Of a stretch of 64,000 nt of DNA, positions 17,994 through 28,700 are shown one piece after another. The stretch is taken from NCBI GenBank assembly GCA_016777125.1, contig JADHSC010000004.1:16866-80865 (forward strand). Reading direction: 5' to 3'. Source of the DNA: Candidatus Poseidoniaceae archaeon. Lineage in GTDB: Archaea > Thermoplasmatota > Poseidoniia > Poseidoniales > Poseidoniaceae. The stretch's first letter is position 1. The number at the start of each line of letters is the position of its first letter. The notes under the pieces were generated by a model. The model made no database searches. It was not told where the DNA came from and saw only the letters and a list, made by a program, of their open reading frames with translations. A program made the position numbers and the translations under genes.

Positions 17994-19288
17994 TTCTAGG
18001 CGGTCTATCCGTGCGGATTGGATTGGTCGGAAAACCCAATGTTGGGAAGTCTACTTTCTTTGCAGCATCTACACTTATTTCCGTTGATATTGCGAATTAC
18101 CCGTTCTGTACGATAGATCCAAACGTAGGGATCTCCTTCATTCCGAGTCGACTTCCTTGCCCTTGTGGTGAACTACGTGCTCGTTTAGAAGAGGATGGAA
18201 GAGTTGAATTGTCCTCTGAACGAGGCGGAAGTATTTGCACACCACGCACAGGTTCCTGTGAACACCATCAACGATACGTTCCTTGTATGCTTGTTGATGT
18301 TGCAGGGCTTGTTCCTGGAGCGAGTGAGGGGAGAGGAAGAGGCAACGCATTCCTGTCAGACCTAGCAGAATGTCATGCCCTGATTCAGGTCATTGATGTT
18401 GCAGGCACAACTGATGCAGAAGGAAACCCGATAGGAGCAGGTAAATCGAAACAAGAAGCCATTGAGCAAGCCCTTGCCGAAGTTTCTTTCTTAACAAACG
18501 AATTAGACGCTTGGCTTCTTAGTCTTCTCAAGGATGGTTGGGTACGAGGTGCTCGGAAAATACAAGCAGAAGGGGTGAAAGGCTTCGTTCAATTCCTTCA
18601 CGACCGACTCTCAGGTTTAGGAGCAACGCATAGCATTTGCCAACGTTCGTTTGAAGCCTTTTTTGCACAACATGGAGATATGACATCACCCTGGGATTGG
18701 TCAGATGACATTCTAAGGATTCTCGCATCTTCTGTTCGTATTCACCTCTTCCCACTTTTCATTGCAGGAAACAAAGCAGATCTCGCTCCAGAAGGTGTAA
18801 TCGAACATCTGTCTGAAGCTATACCCCAATTTATTCCGTGTTCAGCAGAGACTGAGTTTGCACTACGAAAGGCGAATGAAGCAGGCTTCATCGATTATAC
18901 ATCAGGTGAATCAACCTTCACAATTTTAGATCCAAGTGCTCTCAACGAAGCACAAGCAAAAGGGCTCGGAATGCTTCAACAGAGATTGACAAATATGGGC
19001 GATACTGGACTTAACAAATTACTCGATAAGGTTCTGTTCGATGAACTCGATCGAATCGTCGTCTATCCTGTCCAAGATGAGTCACATTGGACTGATGGGG
19101 ATGGAAACGTACTTCCAGACGCTTTAGTTGTTGAATCGAGTATACAAGCAAAAGAGGTCGCGTACAAGGTGCACAGTGATCTTGGAGACGGTTTCATCAA
19201 AGGCGTAGATGGACGAACACGCCGAATTGTTGGAGCAGAACATGAATTGTCTGATGGAGACGTTCTGCGCATCCATTCAAAATCTTGA
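17990..19288 (+). CDS. Obg-family P-loop GTPase of the YchF/Ygr210 (MJ1332-like) type with a C-terminal TGS domain
   Basis: G1 motif GLVGKPNVGKSTFF. G3/switch II DVAGLVPGASEGRGRGNAFLSDL. G4 motif NKAD. C-terminal segment VYPVQDE...ELSDGDVLRIH is TGS/beta-grasp-like. A Cys-rich insertion (LPCPCGELRARLEEDGRVELSSERGGSICTPRTGSCEHH) lies between G1 and G3. The GTG start at 17990..17992 overlaps the TGA of the upstream gene at 17991..17993. Confidence 0.75.
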   Translation: MILGGLSVRIGLVGKPNVGKSTFFAASTLISVDIANYPFCTIDPNVGISFIPSRLPCPCGELRARLEEDGRVELSSERGGSICTPRTGSCEHHQRYVPCMLVDVAGLVPGASEGRGRGNAFLSDLAECHALIQVIDVAGTTDAEGNPIGAGKSKQEAIEQALAEVSFLTNELDAWLLSLLKDGWVRGARKIQAEGVKGFVQFLHDRLSGLGATHSICQRSFEAFFAQHGDMTSPWDWSDDILRILASSVRIHLFPLFIAGNKADLAPEGVIEHLSEAIPQFIPCSAETEFALRKANEAGFIDYTSGESTFTILDPSALNEAQAKGLGMLQQRLTNMGDTGLNKLLDKVLFDELDRIVVYPVQDESHWTDGDGNVLPDALVVESSIQAKEVAYKVHSDLGDGFIKGVDGRTRRIVGAEHELSDGDVLRIHSKS

Positions 19289-19289
19289 A

Positions 19290-19676
19290 TCAGTGGCCTT
19301 CAGGTCGATCAAAATCAGGAGTCAACCTTGCAAGTGTACTCGTGTACTTTGCTCCACTTGTGATGAAGAGTACAAGAGATGCAAGTGTGAGTAATGCAAG
19401 CATGATGAGCATGTACATGCCCCACGGGCTTATACTACGAACAGTTGTGATGTAAAGTCCCCAGAGGACTGTGAGATATAGGAAAGGTCGATATCGGCGA
19501 GAGACTGTACTCAATCGTGCTGATTTGAGCGTATCATCGTAGAGATTTACAGCGTCTTCCTTACTGACCATACCGTGTTCAACTCCACATCGAGTGCAGA
19601 CTTGCGTATTTGGTCCATTTCCATGGATGAAGAACTCACGAGGATAGGTGGCAGAACATAGGCGACAGGTTGGCAT
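19290..19676 (-). CDS. Small zinc-ribbon protein with 2 C-terminal TM helices (hypothetical)
   Basis: N-terminal CRLC ... CTRC (CxxC-x19-CxxC) motif followed by two hydrophobic helices. 128 aa. Confidence 0.3.
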   Translation of the reverse strand: MPTCRLCSATYPREFFIHGNGPNTQVCTRCGVEHGMVSKEDAVNLYDDTLKSARLSTVSRRYRPFLYLTVLWGLYITTVRSISPWGMYMLIMLALLTLASLVLFITSGAKYTSTLARLTPDFDRPEGH

Positions 19677-19713
19677 CTCTCTCCCTCAGTCCATCCCACC
19701 GACTGCCGTCATT

Positions 19714-21876
19714 TCAACCATGCGCTTGATAATTTAGAAAAGCATCAAGGATAAGTGTTCCAGATTGACTTCCAACAGACTCTGGGTGAAATTGAACACC
19801 AAAAACAGGATATGTTTTACTTCGTAAGGCTAGAACGAGAGATTTGGTTGCATCAGTTGCGTCAATAAGCACTGCTGAATCCTCTTGATTATCTGAAGAA
19901 AGGAGAGTCAGTGAGTTATATCTCGTCATATTGATGTCAGGTAGATTCGAAAAAAGACCATGACCATTGTGTAGACATTCGACAGGAGTTCCATGAACTG
20001 GACCAGAGGGACTGCGAATCAGCGGCCAGCCAGCAGCGATGCCAAGTGCCTGATGGCCGAGGCAAATTCCAAGTGTTGGAGGCAATTTACCTGCGAGAGC
20101 CAGTGTTGCGAATTCCATTGTCAATGGGCTGTCCTTTGGCCAACCGGGGCCAGGGCCAAGAATAATGTGCGATGGATTCAATTGTTCCATGATCTCTTTT
20201 GCTGAACGAGTTGTATCCTTCCTTCCATTCATGATGTTTACATCATGTCCAAGACCACAAATCATGTGAGCAATATTGTATGTGAACGAGTCAAGGTTAT
20301 CGATGAGGAGTACAGAATTTTGTTTGAATTCATCAGTAAAGATGGCGTTTGAACTCGGGGTTGATTCCAAATCACCTTCAATTTGAAGAGAATGGACTGA
20401 TAGGTCTCCACGCGGAATAGAGAGACGATCATCATCCATCCAGCCACAAGATCTCAATAATGCGTTTGCCTTCCACTTAGCCTCAGCAACTTCGGACTTT
20501 GGATTTGATTCAATCGTAATCCCTCCTCCAGCAGTCACTCTCGCATTCCATCCATCAGTATCTTTCTTCAATTCCGCAGTTCGAATCATAATATTCCAAG
20601 AAGACATGTTCGTTGTTGTTTCAAACCATCCTAATGATCCTGTCCAGAACGATCTCGGATGTTTTTCTAATTCATCGATTGCAGCACAGACCACTGTTCG
20701 AGGGCAGCCTGTGATCGAGCCGCCTGGGAAAACAGCTTGAAACGCATCAAACGCATCAAGCCCGTCTTTCATTCGTCCTTGAACGCGAGTGACAAGATGT
20801 TGTACCTCCGCATATGTTTCGACATCAAATCTTTCAATCCATATTTGGTTCGGTTTTGCAATACCTCCAACATCATTACGCATAAGGTCAACAAGCATTC
20901 TGTGCTCTGCTCGTTCTTTGCGATCCGAAATCATATCTTCTCTCAACAGGAGTTCCTCTGCAAGCGATGCCCCTCTTGGGCGGGTTCCTTTGATTGGAGC
21001 AGTTGTTATGACGTCTCCTTTCGTAGAAAGCAGGGATTCAGGGGATGCACATATGAGGGCTAAATCTTCATCCTTAACATGAACAAAACCAGAGAATGGC
21101 GCTGGGTTTGAAGAAACTGAATGGCATAGAATGTCCCATGGTTCAGATGCAACAGGACCCTCCCAAGTTCTACCATAGTTGAGTTGATACAATTGTCCGT
21201 CTTTGATGGCTGAATGTATGGTTTCCACAATTTGTTCATGTTCTTCATCGGTGCAATTTGAAACTGGAACATTTGAAGACTTCACAGATGGAAGGGTTTC
21301 AATCACCTCATGATTTGAAAGAGATGCAATCGCCAACTCCTTCCAGCGCTCATCTGTTGAGAAAGTCTTCATCACATCAGTCTCTTTGCAATGGACAATA
21401 CATTTGTCAATTCTCCACAAAATGCAAAGAAGATCATTCTCTTTGGGCGGGTGTTGTAATCCAATAGGCTGGGTCCATTGGACCAAATCATACGAGAAAG
21501 CACCAGTCCAAAAGGGACCTGAGATAGGAACTGTAGCCAACTCCTGTTCGAATACAACGTGCTCTTTAGGACACAGATAGCGAAGAATTTCCGATATTGT
21601 AGTTGAAGTAAATGCTTCTCCGACTTCCCACGAATGTCCATTCCAATGTTGTAATTCTGCGGTTAACGTTGATGATTCAGTCAACCTGATCTCACCATTC
21701 AAAGGAGAATGAGAAGGCATTGGAGGAGTAACTTCGTTTGAAGGTTGTCGAATGATAATTCGAGTTGTACTTGGTCCACAAAGAAGAGAAAATGTAGCAA
21801 GGTGGCTTTTTGGACCCGAAGAAAGCAACATCATTTCATCGGGAGAGCCAAATTCAGAAGCATCTTCTCCGAGCAA
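19714..21876 (-). CDS. pabBA: Fused aminodeoxychorismate/anthranilate synthase: chorismate-binding component I (N-terminal) plus glutamine amidotransferase component II (C-terminal)
   Basis: The chorismate-utilising motif FPGGSITGCPRTVVCAAIDELEKHPRSFWTGSLGWF lies in the middle of the protein. The C-terminal class-I GATase carries LLIDNLDSFTYN, ILGPGPGWP and LGICLGHQAL (catalytic Cys). 720 aa. Confidence 0.8.
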   Translation of the reverse strand: MLGEDASEFGSPDEMMLLSSGPKSHLATFSLLCGPSTTRIIIRQPSNEVTPPMPSHSPLNGEIRLTESSTLTAELQHWNGHSWEVGEAFTSTTISEILRYLCPKEHVVFEQELATVPISGPFWTGAFSYDLVQWTQPIGLQHPPKENDLLCILWRIDKCIVHCKETDVMKTFSTDERWKELAIASLSNHEVIETLPSVKSSNVPVSNCTDEEHEQIVETIHSAIKDGQLYQLNYGRTWEGPVASEPWDILCHSVSSNPAPFSGFVHVKDEDLALICASPESLLSTKGDVITTAPIKGTRPRGASLAEELLLREDMISDRKERAEHRMLVDLMRNDVGGIAKPNQIWIERFDVETYAEVQHLVTRVQGRMKDGLDAFDAFQAVFPGGSITGCPRTVVCAAIDELEKHPRSFWTGSLGWFETTTNMSSWNIMIRTAELKKDTDGWNARVTAGGGITIESNPKSEVAEAKWKANALLRSCGWMDDDRLSIPRGDLSVHSLQIEGDLESTPSSNAIFTDEFKQNSVLLIDNLDSFTYNIAHMICGLGHDVNIMNGRKDTTRSAKEIMEQLNPSHIILGPGPGWPKDSPLTMEFATLALAGKLPPTLGICLGHQALGIAAGWPLIRSPSGPVHGTPVECLHNGHGLFSNLPDINMTRYNSLTLLSSDNQEDSAVLIDATDATKSLVLALRSKTYPVFGVQFHPESVGSQSGTLILDAFLNYQAHG

Positions 21877-21921
21877 TCCTTGAGATTGAAATGAATTCCG
21901 TAAGGAAAGAAGAGGCTCGAT

Positions 21922-22692
21922 TCACTTCACCCCCGTCCATGAGGAAGCATCATCTTCAAGACGAGATAGTGCAATTCTACACAATTCGGTCAACCGTGTA
22001 GTCCCATCTCCAATTTCTTCGCTATTAATCGATTCAATTGTTGAGGCGCCAAGCCCGCTTCCTAACACGACACATTCAATACAACGCGCAACCATTCGCT
22101 CGTTGAGTTTTCCTTTTTGGACAGGAAACCCAGATGATTTCAGTTCTGGTAAAATCGAATGCAGTGTAATTCCGTCAACTGCTTGGGCAGATGAACTGTA
22201 CCAAACAGTTCCATCTTCATCGAGTAAAATTGGTGATCCACGATCACCATCAATAACGGCAAATTCATGAACAAATAATGCTACATCAACTCCAGAGGCT
22301 TCAGCTTGTTGTCTCGCTTCATGATACGTATCCCACGCTGCGTGTTTCGTTCCAGCGATTCGCTTGGGCCACATTTTCGCTGAAACCGTTATCGCATCAC
22401 ATGTCTCGTTTCTCGTTGAATATTTACGGTTGGATATATTCCATGTACCCTCAGAAGTATATTCGATCCGTACAAGTCCATCTTGGAATTCAGATTTCAT
22501 TGCCACTATCTGGCCAAGGACATCCTTTTTCCACTCATTTGGTAAGTCGATTTTCAGTTTCTCGGCATGATCTTGGAAACGAACTGAATGCTGTTTAAAG
22601 AGAAACAACCCTCGCTCTTTTGAATATCTCAGAGTTGTAAAAACAGCGGAACGTGGAGGTCGCTGCATACTGCTCACATCATGACCAGTCAT
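21922..22692 (-). CDS. pabC: Class IV aminotransferase-fold protein, probable aminodeoxychorismate lyase (PabC-like)
   Basis: 256 aa with a fold-type IV pattern (DVALFVHEFAVIDGDRGSPILLDEDGTVWYSSSAQ ... VDGITLHSILPEL). Lies immediately upstream of pabBA on the same strand, 45 bp away. Confidence 0.6.
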   Translation of the reverse strand: MTGHDVSSMQRPPRSAVFTTLRYSKERGLFLFKQHSVRFQDHAEKLKIDLPNEWKKDVLGQIVAMKSEFQDGLVRIEYTSEGTWNISNRKYSTRNETCDAITVSAKMWPKRIAGTKHAAWDTYHEARQQAEASGVDVALFVHEFAVIDGDRGSPILLDEDGTVWYSSSAQAVDGITLHSILPELKSSGFPVQKGKLNERMVARCIECVVLGSGLGASTIESINSEEIGDGTTRLTELCRIALSRLEDDASSWTGVK

Positions 22693-22708
22693 TCCTATGA
22701 CTTGAGCA

Positions 22709-25700
22709 TCACGGTATCAAAAGATCGTCTAGGAAAGATGTATCAATACCAGGACTTGAGGAGTTTTGTTTGGTTCCAATATCCAAATCCTTCAGTAAAT
22801 CATTGTCAATAGGCGCTCGTACAGGGTTCATAACTGGCATTGGTGGAATGTACTCTTGTCGATCAAGCGGTTGATTTTGAATGCGATCTGCAGCTTGGAA
22901 GAGTGAACCGGTTTCAACAGGAGGTGGTGGCGGAACACTTGCCTCTGGTGGTGAATTCCATGCGTCATCTTCTCCAAGTCCCCAAGTAGCAGTTTGAATT
23001 TCCCACTGCTTATCTTTCTGTGATTTCTTTCCTCTTCCACGAACGATAGCTACGAGTAGAATCAACGAGACAAAGACAAGTCCTGCTGCAAGCAGGTTTG
23101 GTGTGGTTAGGAGAGATTGGAAGTCCGTTCCATCATTTGAATCATCACTATCTACAACTCCATTTTCAACTGCATTAATCATCAAGGGATCCACAGATTG
23201 ACGGACTTGATTGTCATCGAATGTTGTAACCGAAACGTACCAAGCGGAGTTGTTGTTGAGTTCAGTAAACACTGTTGAGGTGATGATGAATGAATTCGCT
23301 GTTAGCGTATCGCCTACGAATGTCGCATCTGAAATGTCCATAAAGTCTTCATTCGATATATGGATTTGATATCCTTCAACACCGAAATCATTGGTGCGGT
23401 TCCATGTTACCAAGATGTCTGTTTCTGCAACCCACGCTAAGGTTATTCCATCGATTGTCGGAAGGTAATTGCCTGGATCTGTAATCCCATCGTCAACCGA
23501 TTGTGAAGAAACTACAGTCAAATCAGTCTTGTGTGCATTAGCAGAAGAATCGACAGCTACCACAGCAACCCAAGTTTCCTGTCCTGGAAGTACCGGGAGA
23601 TCGCCTGCAATAATCGTTAGAATAAGCGGGAACTCAGGGAGTCTGTCAAGAGTCATAATTGGCGCATTTGGCCCATCAGAGCCAACCCCAACGCTTGTGA
23701 ACGACCATGAAGCGGCATAGACTTCGTACTGATAGATATCACTTGCAGTCGAAAGTCCGAATTCAAGATCAAGTGCTGAACCATCATCCATCGGTCGGTC
23801 GCCGAGTACAATTTCATCAAGACGAGGAGGAGGTGTTGTATCCTCTAGGTTGTTGATTGGAATAACACTCGCAGATAATAATGAATCAACATAGACGTTT
23901 CCTTGCAAATCATGGACGGTGACGGTTACGAAGAGTTGGATTCCTGGTTGAATCAATTGTGGCGTATCTGCAGATGAGAATTCGTTTGTTTGGGAAGCAT
24001 CTCCATACAGGGCAGTATTCAATGTTAATTCAATTGGATTCTTATCTTCATCGATCCATTGCTTGTCGATAGAGATACAGCCACAGGCTGCAGGGTCGCC
24101 TCCATAGGCGTTCCATAGGTAGGAAATATCATCAACAGGCTTGTCGGCTGCCCAGACGATATAATGGCTGAAATCATCAGCAGAAGATATTGACCAAACA
24201 ACATCGATTGCAGTTCCATCATCATTTGCATGATCGAATGCTTGGATATTCTCAATTCGAGAAGGAGGCATAGAGGCTCCATCCGAATTATCGAGTGGTG
24301 TTGCTTGAACGATGTTTACATCGTTTAATTCAGCATTTAACCATGTATCATATGCTACGACACCTATGTGATATTCAAGCCCGTTAACGAGTGGCAAATC
24401 GTCTAATTTCGATACAATCGTTGTGTTTTCTTGACAAGAATTGACTACTGTTGCTGGTGAGAAACCAGCGACTGAAGTAGGAGGTGTTACGAAGACAACC
24501 CCTGTAACCATGTAGACCGTGTAGAAAGCACAATCTCCAGCATCGCTCGGGTCCCATCCGACAGTAATTCTTCCACCTTCATCTTCAGGTGTGTCTATTG
24601 CCCAGACATTTTCGAGTTTAGCAGGAGCTTGTCCATCATCGATTCCACCAGTTGGCACGACTGGGCCAATGATTGTCGCATTCATGATGTCTTCTTGGCC
24701 ACTAATATCGACACATGTGAATCCAAGCCAATACGGCTTTCCAGCATCAAGATTTAGAATTGTAAGATTCCCTTCCGTTGGCATCACAGTGTAAGCAACA
24801 GACAAACCTAGGATATCGTTCATGGCTTGTGTCGATGTGTAGATTCGGGTTTCGAGAAGATCGAGTGCTGAACATCGAGCCCATTCAGTTTCTAAGTCGC
24901 CTTCTACACCACCATCAAGCGGTTGAGCAGAAGCCCAAGCTGGTGGATTCGGTACTTCGTTGCTGGTTGTAACTGGCCCAACAATTTGACTTGGTAATCC
25001 GAAGCGACCATTATCGTATTCAACGACAACGAGGGCATAATATTCAACACCGTCAACCAGAGGTACACCGTTGGCTGTTGTAATATCGGCCTTGAGTCGG
25101 CTATGAAGTGATTCTGTTTTGTCGATGATTCTTCCAGCAAGATCGATATCGGTTGGTAGCGAGCCCCATGGACCTTCGTTAACATAGACAAGATAACGAT
25201 TGAAGTCAGGGTCATGGACAAGAGACCATTCGACGGTTAATGCTTCACCGCCATCATCAGGACGATCGTAAATATCTGCAATTTCAACAGGTGTATCCTT
25301 TCGTATCCAATCATAGACAAGTCGAACTTCGATTGTTCCGTTGCTTGGTGCTACGAGTTTAATCGGAACGATTCGAGTTCCGTTGATCAATTGGCCATTA
25401 TTGATGGCTAATTGGAGGCTGTTTTCCACTCCAGTTGTGTTATCAAGTTCCAGTACTGCATCGTATCTGAGTGTACTTGATTGAGCCCATACTGCCGCAT
25501 TTGAGACAGGAGAAGTCATCACGAGAGGAACTGTTTGGAACAAGAGTCCGTGCACACCTGCTACGCCAACAGAACTGTTGAGAGTTACAGGATTGTCTTG
25601 GGTAACAAGATCGATTTGAAGTCCTGGATGAGTCATATCGGTGATTTCCATGTACTGTGAATTAAATCCGATGTTAAGCGGATCTGCATATCGTACACTT

Positions 25701-28700
25701 TGCGTTTCCATTTCGTCAAAGGCAGTAGCTGGCGTCCATCCTCTCAAGCCAGCATCAGAAGTGGTCAGCCAGAAACCATTTGCCCCAACCGCAACATTGG
25801 TTGGGTTCTGTACGATTGCTGATTTGAGCAATGAATGTGAACTTGTTTGCGCTTCAAGAATTGCCATTCCAGAGGCGCCCATGACCATCAAGTGCGAGCC
25901 ATCACTGTCCATACGATAGATTGGCCAGCCAGATCCGAGTTCAAAACTTGCAAGTCCATCTTCGAATTCTCCGGTCAGGCCATCGTAGTGAACTAACGGT
26001 CCAACATCGGTAGCAATGTGAAGACCAGCGTAATCTGAGGCGACTGCCGTAATGTAGTTGGAAGGTAGTTGGTCGAACCGGTGCGTGGCAGCAACAGAAT
26101 TTGACGATGTGTCAATGACAGTAAGACCTGGTCGTTCAGTTCCTGCACCATCATGTCCAAGAATCAACCATGTGCCTGCTTGACTTGTTGTGTAGGTTTC
26201 AATAGACCATACAGAATTTCCGAGCAAACCATCAGCGGTCGTGTTTGTGTTCATCGCACCTGTTGTTGGGATGTACTGAGTAAGGCCACTAGGACTTGCA
26301 ATGTAGAGTGTGTTCGAGATATACCGAATGTCTTCTATGTTTGACGTTGGTAGTCCATCGGAGGTTGTTAACGGATTATCCCAGTCATTTGTCGTTAGAT
26401 TCCAACGACCGATTCCGTTTTGTGTTGCGATGTAGACATGAGAATTTGAGAAGGCAAATCCTTGGATGTTGTCTGAAGGAAGTCCAGATAGGAGTTGGCC
26501 GTTTGTGAATTGTTGGGTTCCGATATCGAACATTTGAACACCGGCAGCAGTTGATGTTGTGCCGAGTAATCCGACGAAGAGCGTCGAAACGCTGCCCGAT
26601 TGGTACAGTGCGATGCCGTCTTGACTGTTGTGAACTGCTCCACTCTTCCGTTGCAATACGTTCGATGTCGTATCAAGGGTGTACATGCCGCCATTCTGAG
26701 TGGTGATGTAAATCATGTTCCCTTCCATAAGCATGGAGTTTACCTGGTTATTGAAGGATAAAGACCAACCTTCGTTCCAATCAATACCTCCGCTGGAGTT
26801 GAATGTTCCTTGCAAAATACCGCCGGATCCCGCACCAGGATTATTTCCGTTTACAGTGACTGAGTATGTTGAAACCCAGATACGAGAACCGTCACTGACC
26901 ATTGCTTCGATGTTACCACTGACCAAGGCTGGCAATTCAAATTCAGTATTCAATCCAGTAGAGCTTAGTATATCGACGTGAGAGTAGCCACTCGCACCTC
27001 CTGCTTGCCCAATGAGCCATTCGTTTCCACTGTATTTGATCGATGTAACTGCAGTTCCAACTGATTGAACACTCGCCTGACCAGTAAATGGCCCAAGTGT
27101 TGAAATTGCTGCAAAACCTCCATTCTCATCGTAACCGATTAACAATTTACCGTTAGCATAACTGAATGCATCAAGCCATACTGGGTCCGTTGGAATTCCG
27201 TTTCCGTTCGATGTTATTTCAGCAATCCATGCAGATTGGACGGTATCGTATTTTGAAATTGGCAGATTGTCATCATCGTAGCCGACGTAGAGCGTATCAG
27301 ATGGATCGCAAGCAACTGCAGCAACTCGACCGCTCTTGAGAACAGAGCTGGTAAACGAGCCGACAGCAGTTGTGTTTGCAAGGTCAATGTATGTCACGCC
27401 TCCATTGTTATTGAAGAGTCCAACATACAGGTAAGAGCCACATTCATTCATTGAGATAGGGTATCCATTTGGAATCCCGTTTTGACCAGTGGTGTAGGTT
27501 GTCCAAGTACCAGATGCATCGAGTTGTCCGATTGTACCTCTTTGGAATCCACCCCAGCCTGCAAAGCTTGCGGAACCAACCACCAAGGTACTTCCATCAG
27601 TCCAAAGTTCACCGATCCAGTCTCCCATTGCACTTGGTAAGCCGTTACCAGGCGTCCATGCTGTTTCCCATTGGAAGGAAGACTCGTTGAATCGCTCAAC
27701 ACCGTCTTCGGTAGCAAACAGAATCAAACCATCAAATTCGATAATTTCACGAACTGGGAAAGAAAGTGTATCCCAAGAGCCAAGTTTCGTTCCGCTTGGG
27801 CTGTAGACTTCAAGGCCAATTTCTCCCCAAGAAATCCATGTGTGTCCAGTCGATGAGTTGAATGCTGTAACTCGATCAACTGAGCCTTCGGGCAAAACCG
27901 ACGTATTCCAAGTTTGAGATACTAAGTCGTATTGAGCGATTCCTCCACTCCCTTCCTGATTCCACCATTGTCCAGAAACAACGCTTGCGAGAAGTGTATC
28001 GCCCACAATCCTCATGCCGACAACATCTCCGCCATTTTCGCTGACTTCCTGGCCAGCATCAAGTGGCGTAATCGCAGTAAAATTCCCAACATCAATGCCG
28101 TAAATACTGTCGCTGGATGTGCCTTGATGGTAGTACATGGTGTATCCATACAGTGTCAAATCATACGGATCTCCATTGCCAACATAAAGGCTGTTTGAAA
28201 CCTCGATGTCATAGGCTTCGGCACCGGTTGTAGTGTTGATCAACTGAAAACCATCTTCCCCGCCAATCCAGATGAACCCTGGTCTGATGTCTTCAATCAT
28301 TCCAGTTACAAACTCATTTCCATTGTCAAGGACGTTACTCGTTGTCCACGTTGTGAGCCATTGGCTGTTTGCTATATCCCATCGAGCTACACCGACTCCA
28401 TTGAGTCCGATGTAGGCAATATCATCGATAATTTCTACAACTGCATTATCTGTTTGAGAACCAGCATCCCATTCACCAACAACGCTGAATGAGGATTTTT
28501 CGATGAGTCCTACGCCAGAGAACGTTCCACCAAAGACAGTTGTACTGTTGACGCCAACAGCATATGTCGCCCAATTTGGCATACCATCGTAGACGTTGAG
28601 ACAGTCATCGATGTTCCCAGACAGATCATACTTGCATACGCCTATGTTTGTACCGGACCACATTGCATTCCCATCAAGCACGTAGTCAAAATGCTGAGAA

